Virus record (IMG/VR): IMGVR_UViG_3300005301_000012
Location: 1-51,419 of that record
Strand: one strand, 5' to 3'
DNA from: a virus
Lineage: Duplodnaviria; Caudoviricetes
DNA: 51,419 nt
This document shows, piece after piece, positions 1 to 7,506 of this stretch (positions are counted from its first letter, which is position 1; each line of letters begins with the position of its first letter). A model generated the notes under the pieces. The model made no database searches. It was not told the DNA's origin and saw nothing but the letters and a program-made list of their open reading frames with translations. The position numbers were made by a program, and so were the translations under genes.

Positions 1-1053
1 CTATCGAAGCGGTTTCACGCGCTCCGGTTTGCGACGGTAAATGCGCTCAGTCACCCGACCGTCGGCATGGGCGAGAAGGGTCCGCGCGTGCTCGAGCGTC
101 GCCGCATCGCTGGCGCATTTCGCACGCAGATCGTGCTCGTTGAAGCGTTCCGTAAGCTTCGTTACCTCGAGCGCCTTATTCAGGAAGTTCGTCCACATTC
201 CCTGCCAGCCAGCCGCGCGGCCAGTCACTTCGTCGAAGTAGCAATCCCCCCGAAACGTGCAAAAGAGCCAGGGTGCGATCTGCACCGGTCGCGCCGCTTT
301 TGCCATCTCAACTGCCTCGCGCAACTCATCCGACCACTCGATGATCAGTCGCTTTCCTGTCGAGTTTTCCGTCTTGCCCGGCGTCACATGGATGCCGTCT
401 TCCTTCAGATTCGATTCCCTTATTCTCAGCAGATCACCCTTGCGTAATCCGGTCAGCAGCTTGATACGGATATAGGCCTGGACAGCGAGTACGCTGCCTT
501 TCTTCCGTCGCGACGGCAGAGACAGGCATTCAATAATTTCCCAATCCTCGATGTATCGGTCGCGCGGTTTCTCGCCGTCGAGGCGGATCTCGCCTTTGAA
601 CGGATGCCGGTCGAGATAGCCCCACTCGACTGCTTTCGTGTATGCGTGCGAGAGCACGGCGACTTCGCGCCGGGCCGCTATTTTGGCGGCGCGCTTATCG
701 ATGTACTGGTAAATGTGCCGCGGTTTCAGATCGTTCAGGACCATTGCGCCGAGGACCGCGCGGAGCCGTTTGATAGCGACAGTGTTGCCGGCCTGCGTCG
801 TGGGCTTCTTCGTCGGTACAACCTGCAGCAGGTAACGGTCTAGCAGATCCGCAATGGTTTTCGCGTCGTCGATGGTCGCCAGTCGATCAGCCCAGACCTT
901 GTAGGCCTCAGGAAGCGACTTGCCGAGCCGGAACAACTGCTTGTCGTCCCACGCCGACTCCAGCCCCTTGGGCACCTGGAAGTAATACGCCCCGTGCAAC
1001 AGCCGCCATCTGCTTGGAAGCCCCTTGTTTTCCTTTTTTCTGGGCTTCGGCAT
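1..1053 (-). CDS. int: Tyrosine recombinase / phage integrase
   Basis: Catalytic motifs TGLRKGDL (R), GKT (K), HDLR, LAH and C-terminal RIY. Confidence 0.95.
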   Translation of the reverse strand: MPKPRKKENKGLPSRWRLLHGAYYFQVPKGLESAWDDKQLFRLGKSLPEAYKVWADRLATIDDAKTIADLLDRYLLQVVPTKKPTTQAGNTVAIKRLRAVLGAMVLNDLKPRHIYQYIDKRAAKIAARREVAVLSHAYTKAVEWGYLDRHPFKGEIRLDGEKPRDRYIEDWEIIECLSLPSRRKKGSVLAVQAYIRIKLLTGLRKGDLLRIRESNLKEDGIHVTPGKTENSTGKRLIIEWSDELREAVEMAKAARPVQIAPWLFCTFRGDCYFDEVTGRAAGWQGMWTNFLNKALEVTKLTERFNEHDLRAKCASDAATLEHARTLLAHADGRVTERIYRRKPERVKPLR

Positions 1054-1275
1054 TTACGCGGCGCTCCAGTCTGGTTCAGTCGCTGCGACGCGCCCACGTT
1101 CCGCGGTTATGCCGAACTGCTGTTCTACGTGGCGCCGCAGGACGATGACGCGGCCGTCCGGACGGATCTTATGGTCAACTGCGAGCGAGCGGAGCACTTC
1201 CGCCTGGCACGAGCGGTGCCGACGACCGGTGAGTTCCACGAGCTCGTCATTCGAAAGAAACATTGAGTCGGACAT
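1054..1275 (-). CDS. Probable excisionase (DUF4224-like)
   Basis: Small protein FLSNDELVELTGRR...RPDGRVIVLR directly upstream of int; start set at MSDSMF. Confidence 0.8.
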   Translation of the reverse strand: MSDSMFLSNDELVELTGRRHRSCQAEVLRSLAVDHKIRPDGRVIVLRRHVEQQFGITAERGRVAATEPDWSAA

Positions 1276-1333
1276 ATTTACTCTCCAAACCAATATCGGC
1301 GCGTGACCTCGATCACGCGTTGTGCTGCCTCAG

Positions 1334-1945
1334 TCATCCGTTGAGTTCCTTCTCGGCTGCAGCCAGTGCAGCGTTCAATTCGGTCATCGCTTCGTGCGTG
1401 CCACCCTTGTCTGGATGAACCTCGGATGCCCGTCGGCGGAAGGCTATCCGCACGGACGGCATATCGCGGACCGTTGACGGGACGCCGATGACGTCGCGCC
1501 ATGTCCGAGGGGGCGCCGGCGGCGGGAGTGCGGAAAATCCAGTGAACGCGCGATCGAGGATCTGCGCACCACCGTGCCGGTCAATCGCGCGCATCGCCTC
1601 GAGCGTCGCGGCGATCGCGGCAATGTTGTCGGCCACCGCCTGATATTGATCAACGGCCATGACGCGGCGGATACCCCTACGCGTTTCCCAATAAACGGCG
1701 GCTCCGTGGTCGGCCGGCTCGCTCTGGTCCGATCGCGGCAGCCCGTCCAAGCGTGTTTTGAGGTTTGTTGAGATGACGATGTCGTCGCGGCCGACACCGA
1801 GCATGTCGAGCTCGCGCAGCACGCGTTCGCAGGCGGCAGCGACGGTGATCCATCGGCCGTCGTGCTTGAACTTGCCGTTCTTCTGCTGATGGGACTTCGT
1901 GCGTGGCCATCCGGCGGGCCATTGAAGCGGGTAGGCAGCAATCAT
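1334..1945 (-). CDS. Phage protein with C-terminal J-domain
   Basis: C-terminal VRIAFRRRASEVHPDKGG..AMTELNAA with HPD motif. Confidence 0.85.
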   Translation of the reverse strand: MIAAYPLQWPAGWPRTKSHQQKNGKFKHDGRWITVAAACERVLRELDMLGVGRDDIVISTNLKTRLDGLPRSDQSEPADHGAAVYWETRRGIRRVMAVDQYQAVADNIAAIAATLEAMRAIDRHGGAQILDRAFTGFSALPPPAPPRTWRDVIGVPSTVRDMPSVRIAFRRRASEVHPDKGGTHEAMTELNAALAAAEKELNG

Positions 1946-2154
1946 TCGGTATATCCCTTCAAATCTTCCAAAGCCTGGATCATCGCTACGATGTCGCCCC
2001 TAGCGGCGGCGCGCGTGGCGCGATCGAGCGAAGCGCGGATCATCATTGCGCCCGGGGCGCCGGCCGGGCCGATCTCGACGTAGTGGCCGAGAATCACGGT
2101 CACACGCGCGATTTCATCCGGCAATGCATCGCCGAGGGTTCTGATTCCGCTCAT
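1942..2154 (-). CDS. Hypothetical phage protein
   Basis: MSGIRTLGDALPDEIARV; 4-nt overlaps with neighbours. Confidence 0.75.
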   Translation of the reverse strand: MSGIRTLGDALPDEIARVTVILGHYVEIGPAGAPGAMMIRASLDRATRAAARGDIVAMIQALEDLKGYTE

Positions 2155-2189
2155 GCTAGGATTCCTTCGAAACCACGACGGAGACCGTA

Positions 2190-2426
2190 ATGGCAAAGCC
2201 CGTAATTACCCGTGAGCAGTTCATCAATATCGTCAACGAACGTCTTCCGGGACACCATTCCTACAGAGCGGGAACGCGAATCTTCTTGGTTCCCGTGGGT
2301 ACGACAGGGGCGGCCGCGGCTGGCTACGATTTCGAACCCGCGGAAGCGACTGGCGTCGTCGCTAACGTCGCTGATCAGGTGATGTCCGAATATGACGTTG
2401 TACCGGGCCTGCGTCGCCAGTCTTGA
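2190..2426 (+). CDS. Small antisense-oriented accessory protein, 78 aa
   Basis: GGAG RBS at 2180-2183, extended -10 TGcTAGGAT at 2154-2162, globular-looking sequence. Confidence 0.7.
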   Translation: MAKPVITREQFINIVNERLPGHHSYRAGTRIFLVPVGTTGAAAAGYDFEPAEATGVVANVADQVMSEYDVVPGLRRQS

Positions 2427-2434
2427 TTCGGCGA

Positions 2435-3166
2435 TCACGTGAGCCTCCGGAACTCGATGACCCACACCCAAGGGTTCATATTCCAGCCATAGCCGCGCGC
2501 AGCGTTGAAGCTGTCCCAAATGTCACGGTAGTGCAGGACAAAGCTGCCGCGCTGCGACGCGCCGGCGAGAATCACTTCGCGGCCTGAAACTGGGTCGCAC
2601 TCCCGCGCCCCTTCGGCGCGCGCATCGTCCTCGCTGATGTCCTGCAGCCGCTCGACGCGCACGCCGGTGACTTCGAGCGTGATGCGCGACGCCCAACGCG
2701 GCATGTGGATGGAGGGCTTCCAGCCCTGGTGCAGGTTGTCTTCGAAGTCGACGTAATCAGGCATCGGGCCGCCGTCGGCGCGGTATTCGCAGAATTCCGG
2801 CTTGTGGTAGTCCGTGTCCGGATCCCATGTGCCTTCTTCCCACATCGGACCTTGGAACGTCTCGCGCACCCACAGACGATCGCCGGGCACGCCATAGGGC
2901 GAGTGTTTCTCCGCGAATTCCCTTTGACCCATGCAGTGGTATGTTCCGATGCTTTTGCACTCGGCAATGACGCTACCGCGCACCGGCGTGGTCGGGAAAC
3001 AGTCCGGGCAAATGAAGAGGTCGCCGACCTCGACGTCACTGAATTGCGGGGGATTCGTATGGCTGATGTACGGTTGTTTCTTCATGACGCGCCGCGTCTG
3101 CGTCTTGCTGCCGTCGAGCAGCGCTCGCACCATTGCGCCGCTGAAAAGGATAGGTCGCTCTTTCAT
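2435..3166 (-). CDS. ASCH/PUA-like phage protein
   Basis: MKERPILFSGAMVRALLDGSKTQTRR, GDRLWVRET, WKPSIHMPRWASRI, WNMNPWVWVIEF motifs. Confidence 0.85.
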   Translation of the reverse strand: MKERPILFSGAMVRALLDGSKTQTRRVMKKQPYISHTNPPQFSDVEVGDLFICPDCFPTTPVRGSVIAECKSIGTYHCMGQREFAEKHSPYGVPGDRLWVRETFQGPMWEEGTWDPDTDYHKPEFCEYRADGGPMPDYVDFEDNLHQGWKPSIHMPRWASRITLEVTGVRVERLQDISEDDARAEGARECDPVSGREVILAGASQRGSFVLHYRDIWDSFNAARGYGWNMNPWVWVIEFRRLT

Positions 3167-3381
3167 GCAGCGTGTACCTCACAATAGTGCGGACCGAGTT
3201 GGTTCGTCAGGCAGGTGCAGACCGGACCCAGCGGCTGCGGGGCCGCGGCAATCGCGATCCCATACATATCGATCGTGCCGTCAGTCATAAATAGATGCTC
3301 GTAGCCGCCGGCGCGTAGCTTGTCGGCGATCTCCTGAAAAGTGCGCTCCGTGACCTCAAGCGTCGCTACCGTGCGTGTCAT
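3163..3381 (-). CDS. Hypothetical phage protein
   Basis: MTRTVATLEV; ATGA overlaps at both ends. Confidence 0.65.
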   Translation of the reverse strand: MTRTVATLEVTERTFQEIADKLRAGGYEHLFMTDGTIDMYGIAIAAAPQPLGPVCTCLTNQLGPHYCEVHAA

Positions 3382-3452
3382 CGGGCACTCCATAACGGAG
3401 GAAACTCGTCGTGCGTGCGGTCCGTCCGCTCGGCTTTGCTGTTTTCGCTCAT
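3378..3452 (-). pseudogene. 24-codon remnant resembling fused N- and C-termini of a Gp37/Gp68 (DUF5131) family gene
   Basis: Translates MSENSKAERTDRTHDEFPPLWSAR; preceded by GAGGT RBS and ends in an ATGA overlap; family match is from memory. Confidence 0.6.
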
Positions 3453-3495
3453 CTCAAACCTCAAGTTTTCATCACTGCTGCCGTTAGGCTTTGCA

Positions 3496-3701
3496 TGAAC
3501 CTGAACATGACCGTCGCCGAAGCCAAAGCAATCTTCGAATCCGCCAGCGCTGCTGCCGAAGCCAGCGTCGTCGCGCAGTTCGGAGAGTTCGACATTTTCA
3601 AAGAGAGGCAGGGCGCCGCGTACGACGTGGCGTTATTTACCGTGCTGGCAGAGCATTTCGGCGACATGACGTTGCCCGAGCTGCTAAGCATCGTCGGGTG
3701 A
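3496..3701 (+). CDS. Small antisense-oriented accessory protein
   Basis: MNLNMTVAEAKAIFESASAAAEASVVAQFGEFDIF, helical acidic sequence; start uncertain (3496 or 3508). Confidence 0.6.
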
Positions 3702-4670
3702 CTGGATTGGGCGGTCGGCGGTCGCAGTGGCGGCGTCGGTGCGCGCGATTTCGGCGTTGCCGGCAGCCGTGACAGTGAAGTGCTCGCATTCAAGCAAGCC
3801 CGCGTCGGCCCATTTCATCAGCAACCAATAGTCAACAGCCGTTTCGCCGGCGCCTTCGAAATCGCGGCAGGCCTGTAAGAACTCATCGCGCTCGTAGTCG
3901 TCATCGAACAGCGCGTCATCCGCGAGCGCTGTCTGTGCTGAGGGGGCCCCGATCGACCAATCCAAATTCCACAGCATCATGCAAAAGTTTGCTACATCGC
4001 GCGGGTCGCCTTTGTCGACGTGAGCGCGGAGCATTTCCGACAGGACGAACGGCGAACACTGCTGCCAGCCGCTGCGACCCTTGGCGCGCGCTGCTGCCAG
4101 TTTCTCTTTCATCGCAGCCGCAAAGCGATCCACGGCAACATCGTCGGGATGCTCCGCACCCTGCGCCACATTGGCGGAAGTTGATGCGGCGCGGGCGATC
4201 CGACAGGAGGCGTCGCCGGGGTGCTCACACGGCCCGAGTCCACTGCACATACACGCCCCGCGCTCGTCGTGCTCGACCGAGGGCGCACCCGCGCTGATTG
4301 CTCCGTCATCCGGCTCAAGCGCAGCCATCTTCATGCACCATTCTTTGGTGATGCCAGCAGGCTTGCTTGCATCCTTGTCGAGAGGGGCGGTGTAGACGAT
4401 GCGCCGTCGCGTGTAGCCAAATGCGGAATATGTTTCGTACGTCACCTTGTCGACATCGCCCCAAACGGTTTCTGGAGTTGGCCAGCCGGTCTGGTAGATT
4501 GGCTCACGCGATTGGGCTGGCGCGGTAATGGACGCACGCACCGCAGCTGCAAATTTGTCGATCGCGCGGTCGAATGCATTGGTGCCTTGCGCTGCGCCAA
4601 ATAGGCCTGCATCGCGCGCCATGATCCATAGGTCATCGCTCGTTTGAGCGGGAGTAGTGCTCTCGCTCAT
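3684..4670 (-). CDS. Mosaic early protein (Ea22/Ead-position type)
   Basis: Start MSESTTPAQ with ATGA overlap; contains HPDDVAVDRFAAAMKEKL...KGDPRDVANFCMMLW module. Confidence 0.75.
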   Translation of the reverse strand: MSESTTPAQTSDDLWIMARDAGLFGAAQGTNAFDRAIDKFAAAVRASITAPAQSREPIYQTGWPTPETVWGDVDKVTYETYSAFGYTRRRIVYTAPLDKDASKPAGITKEWCMKMAALEPDDGAISAGAPSVEHDERGACMCSGLGPCEHPGDASCRIARAASTSANVAQGAEHPDDVAVDRFAAAMKEKLAAARAKGRSGWQQCSPFVLSEMLRAHVDKGDPRDVANFCMMLWNLDWSIGAPSAQTALADDALFDDDYERDEFLQACRDFEGAGETAVDYWLLMKWADAGLLECEHFTVTAAGNAEIARTDAATATADRPIQSPDDA

Positions 4671-5077
4671 GCTTCGCCTCGAGCCTGGTTGATCGCATCG
4701 GAGATCGCCACCATGTCCGGCCAGTATTTGCTTTTGGACGGCCTGAAGTTCGGATCGGCGACGATGAGCTGTGCCATAAGGCCATCGATAGCCGCATGCG
4801 CTTTTTCGAGCAGCTGCAAATGATCTGCCGACGCCGCCGGCGGCTTGGGGACGTAGGGACCGTGAAGCGTAAGCGTGCTGAGGAAGCGGTCCGGTGCCAC
4901 CTCTTGATCGATCGCCAAGCAGAAGATGCGGCCGCCCTGCGAGACGAGCGGTACGAGCAGGTCTGGATTCTGCGTATCGCCGCCGATATAGACGCCTTCC
5001 TTGCCGAGCATCGCACGGACCTGCGGCTGCAGCAGGTCGATCTCTTCGGCTTGACCAATGAGAATCGGATTCTTCAC
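4667..5077 (-). CDS. Hypothetical phage protein
   Basis: GTG start (VKNPILIGQ) after GGAGG RBS, overlapping the upstream stop. Confidence 0.7.
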   Translation of the reverse strand: MKNPILIGQAEEIDLLQPQVRAMLGKEGVYIGGDTQNPDLLVPLVSQGGRIFCLAIDQEVAPDRFLSTLTLHGPYVPKPPAASADHLQLLEKAHAAIDGLMAQLIVADPNFRPSKSKYWPDMVAISDAINQARGEA

Positions 5078-5511
5078 TTTGAGGCCTCCTGGATAGCTGC
5101 AATCTTTTCGCGCGCCGCGGCGACGTCCGCGTCGGCGTGACTGGCCCATTCGGCGCCGTGCGCGAGCACATGTTTGATTAGCCAGTGAAGGCAATAGGCC
5201 TGTTCGTCCTCGGCGCGTGTCTTGATGTCCGCGCCGACGGACCTGAACAGGTGTGCGTAACGCGCCAGCTGGAAGCACATCATGCCGAGCACGTGGTGAA
5301 GTTCCGGCGTCATCTCGGCGGGGTAGGTGAGTGCACGCTTGCCAGTGCCCGCGCGTGCGGCCGAGAGTTGGTCGGCGATCGCTTTGGCGAGATCCGGCGC
5401 CGCGTTGCCGTACTCATAGCTGCGGAGTGCGTTGATAGCCGCGAGAACCAACTGATCGCTGACGGGCGCAGCATCATGTTCATTCGCAGGAAGTACGTTT
5501 GGTGTGTTCAC
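5074..5511 (-). CDS. Hypothetical phage protein
   Basis: Coupled ORF in the leftward operon with GAGGAG RBS. Confidence 0.75.
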   Translation of the reverse strand: MNTPNVLPANEHDAAPVSDQLVLAAINALRSYEYGNAAPDLAKAIADQLSAARAGTGKRALTYPAEMTPELHHVLGMMCFQLARYAHLFRSVGADIKTRAEDEQAYCLHWLIKHVLAHGAEWASHADADVAAAREKIAAIQEASK

Positions 5512-5768
5512 TTGTGCTCCTCAAATAGGTCGCTTTGCGCCGCGGCGTCGATATGCTCCGGACAGCGGTGCACGTCAGCTCCAATTTCGTGCGCGTGCTT
5601 CGTGCACAGGTGCCGATCGCATGTCTTGCCGGGCCTGACCGGGTAATCGCACTGGAAGCCGCTCGGCGCGTTGCAGCCGGCGACAGAGCAGCGCCGCACG
5701 CTCCTTCGCCCGCGCGTGCAGACGATTCCTGAGACGCCGCCGGGAAGGCGAAAGGGCGTGCAGGGCAT
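5508..5768 (-). CDS. Small Cys/His-rich (putative Zn-binding) protein
   Basis: CSVAGC, FQCDYP, TCDRHLCTKH, RCPEH. Confidence 0.75.
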   Translation of the reverse strand: MPCTPFRLPGGVSGIVCTRGRRSVRRCSVAGCNAPSGFQCDYPVRPGKTCDRHLCTKHAHEIGADVHRCPEHIDAAAQSDLFEEHK

Positions 5769-5773
5769 GCTGG

Positions 5774-5965
5774 TTACGCCGCCGTCGGCGAATAATTGAT
5801 GCCGTCGATCGGGTGGTAGTTGTTCGAGTGCTTCTGGCCGTCGAGGCGGATGCGCAGATACTGACCATCCGCGCCGGTGATGACGCCGGGCTTTCCGTAT
5901 GCCTCGACGCGCTGGCCGCGCTTCGGATCGACGCCGTAATACGATTTGATGTAGTCGAAACTCAT
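5774..5965 (-). CDS. Small hypothetical phage protein
   Basis: MSFDYIKSYYGVDPKRGQRVEAYGKPGVITGADGQYLRIRLDG, small beta-rich pattern. Confidence 0.8.
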   Translation of the reverse strand: MSFDYIKSYYGVDPKRGQRVEAYGKPGVITGADGQYLRIRLDGQKHSNNYHPIDGINYSPTAA

Positions 5966-5977
5966 ATCTGTCCCGAG

Positions 5978-6003
5978 AAAAAGGACCGGGCCGAAGCCCG
6001 GCC
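5978..6003 (-). terminator. Intrinsic terminator in the leftward operon
   Basis: Minus strand GGCCGGGC-TTCG-GCCCGGTCC-TTTTT. Confidence 0.8.
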
Positions 6004-6028
6004 AACACACGCCGCGCTGACGAGAGGA

Positions 6029-6244
6029 TCAGCGCGCCGAACTACTCAGTTTGGTGTTCGAGCTGCTGCGCGCGATCACGACCGGACCCACGTGCAATAC
6101 AACTCGTTCACCGCGATCTCGCGCGAGCATCTCGACGAACTCGGTGCACAACGCATGCGTTGCGCTGTCCGTCGGGATCCGCGAAGTGGCGTACGCGCGC
6201 GCCACGTCTAGGAACGCTCCGCGGCGGCGCGGTTCGCCATACAT
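6029..6244 (-). CDS. Hypothetical protein
   Basis: 71-aa ORF with a 1-nt TGATG overlap to the upstream gene. Confidence 0.55.
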   Translation of the reverse strand: MYGEPRRRGAFLDVARAYATSRIPTDSATHALCTEFVEMLARDRGERVVLHVGPVVIARSSSNTKLSSSAR

Positions 6245-6774
6245 CAGTTACCTACCACTCGATAGTTGGCCGGCTGCGTGTCGGTGCGCGATTGCAGCTC
6301 GGCGGGTTTGAGCGAGCAATCGAAGCCGGCGGCGCGGTAGGCGTCATAGACCTCTTTGCTCACTTGGCAACGGATGAGCACCGCGGCCTTCTGAAGCTTG
6401 TCCTTCGTCGCGGTGTCGTCCGTCACGGTGGATTGCCGGACAGTCTCGGCGGCCGCGACCTCGAGCTTGCAATCCTGCAGGCTGTGAGACGCACCACCGA
6501 CCAGCGATACGCCGGCGATCGCGCCTCCGAACTGGACCGTCTGGCCGCAGTTCATCTGCGAGAAAGAGGACGCATACGCGCCGAGAACCGGGGCGCTGAC
6601 ATTGCGTACCGTCTCGGACGTATGTTCCGGCGTTTGGCTAAACTGGATAGAACCCTGTGCAACCGAGTTCGACGACGATTGTTGCGAAGCGCTAGCCGAA
6701 GTAGACGACGTCTGCGCGAAGGCATGGCAGGTCCCCAGTGCTAGAATCATTGCGACGGTGAATTTCGTGCTCAT
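6244..6774 (-). CDS. Secreted protein with four Cys in the mature region
   Basis: Signal peptide MSTKFTVAMILALGTCHAFA, Ser/Gln-rich linker, then MNCG, QDCK, IRCQ, FDCS. Confidence 0.85.
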   Translation of the reverse strand: MSTKFTVAMILALGTCHAFAQTSSTSASASQQSSSNSVAQGSIQFSQTPEHTSETVRNVSAPVLGAYASSFSQMNCGQTVQFGGAIAGVSLVGGASHSLQDCKLEVAAAETVRQSTVTDDTATKDKLQKAAVLIRCQVSKEVYDAYRAAGFDCSLKPAELQSRTDTQPANYRVVGN

Positions 6775-6838
6775 CGTTACACCCCCAAGGTGTGTGTGAC
6801 CGGGCCTTCGATATTTACGGTATCGAAGGCCTTCTTCG

Positions 6839-7273
6839 TTACTGACCGTAGGAATAGCTGCCGGCGAGGTTGGTGTAGCCGTAGGACGAAACGTCGGTAC
6901 CGACACCCGACTTGCTCGAGCCGTAGCCCGAACCACTCGTGTAGCCGCCTGCGGATGCATTCGACGTGCTGCCGGTGTAGCTGCCCGATGCCGACAGACC
7001 GCCGCCGGCGTTGAAGCCGTAGCCGCCGACGGCGCCGGTTCCGATCGCGGTGCCGCCCAGCGCGTAGCCACCACCCGCCGAATTGCTCCACTGCGACGAA
7101 TAGCCATTGCCGTTCTGGCCTGCCGAGGCCTGCGAGCCGCCCGACGTGCTCGACGACGAACCGAAGCCGCCGCTGAACGAACTCGACGTGTTGTTCGAAT
7201 AGCCGCCGGCGAATGCGGCCGGCGCCGCGACGAATGCGAGAGCTGCTGCAACTGCGATGGTGATGCGCTTCAT
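6839..7273 (-). CDS. Secreted Gly/Ser/Tyr-rich low-complexity protein
   Basis: Signal peptide MKRITIAVAAALAFVAAPAAFA; GAGGT RBS; mature part almost uncharged. Confidence 0.88.
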   Translation of the reverse strand: MKRITIAVAAALAFVAAPAAFAGGYSNNTSSSFSGGFGSSSSTSGGSQASAGQNGNGYSSQWSNSAGGGYALGGTAIGTGAVGGYGFNAGGGLSASGSYTGSTSNASAGGYTSGSGYGSSKSGVGTDVSSYGYTNLAGSYSYGQ

Positions 7274-7330
7274 GGTCTACCTCAGGTTGGTTTGTCGCGC
7301 GGTGGTCCGGCCGCGCCCGGTACTGCAAAT

Positions 7331-7504
7331 TCAATCCTCGTTTGCCTTGTCGCCGTCGAGCTCGGCCGCGGCTCGATACGCCTCCGCGAACCGCTCGAGC
7401 GCGCTGATCGGGCCGGTCACGCTGTGGTATTCCTGCTGTCCGATGCGCCCATTCAGGACCACGGTGAGGCCAGCGGCGCGCGCCAGGTCGACGATGTCGG
7501 GCAT
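7331..7504 (-). CDS. Small hypothetical protein
   Basis: MPDIVDLARAAGLTVVLNGRIGQQEYHSVTG; starts 2 nt after the ParB stop. Confidence 0.7.
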   Translation of the reverse strand: MPDIVDLARAAGLTVVLNGRIGQQEYHSVTGPISALERFAEAYRAAAELDGDKANED

Positions 7505-7506
7505 GG

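Noticed and set aside
4671-5171. N-terminal extension of the 495-aa ORF (similar extensions at 6775-7251, 23833-24036 and 47138-47452)
   Set aside because: Overlap better-supported genes or sites in other frames; internal starts have RBS and coupling
6775-6782. Extra CGTTACAC copy matching the cos repeats
   Set aside because: A single 8-mer is expected by chance in 51 kb
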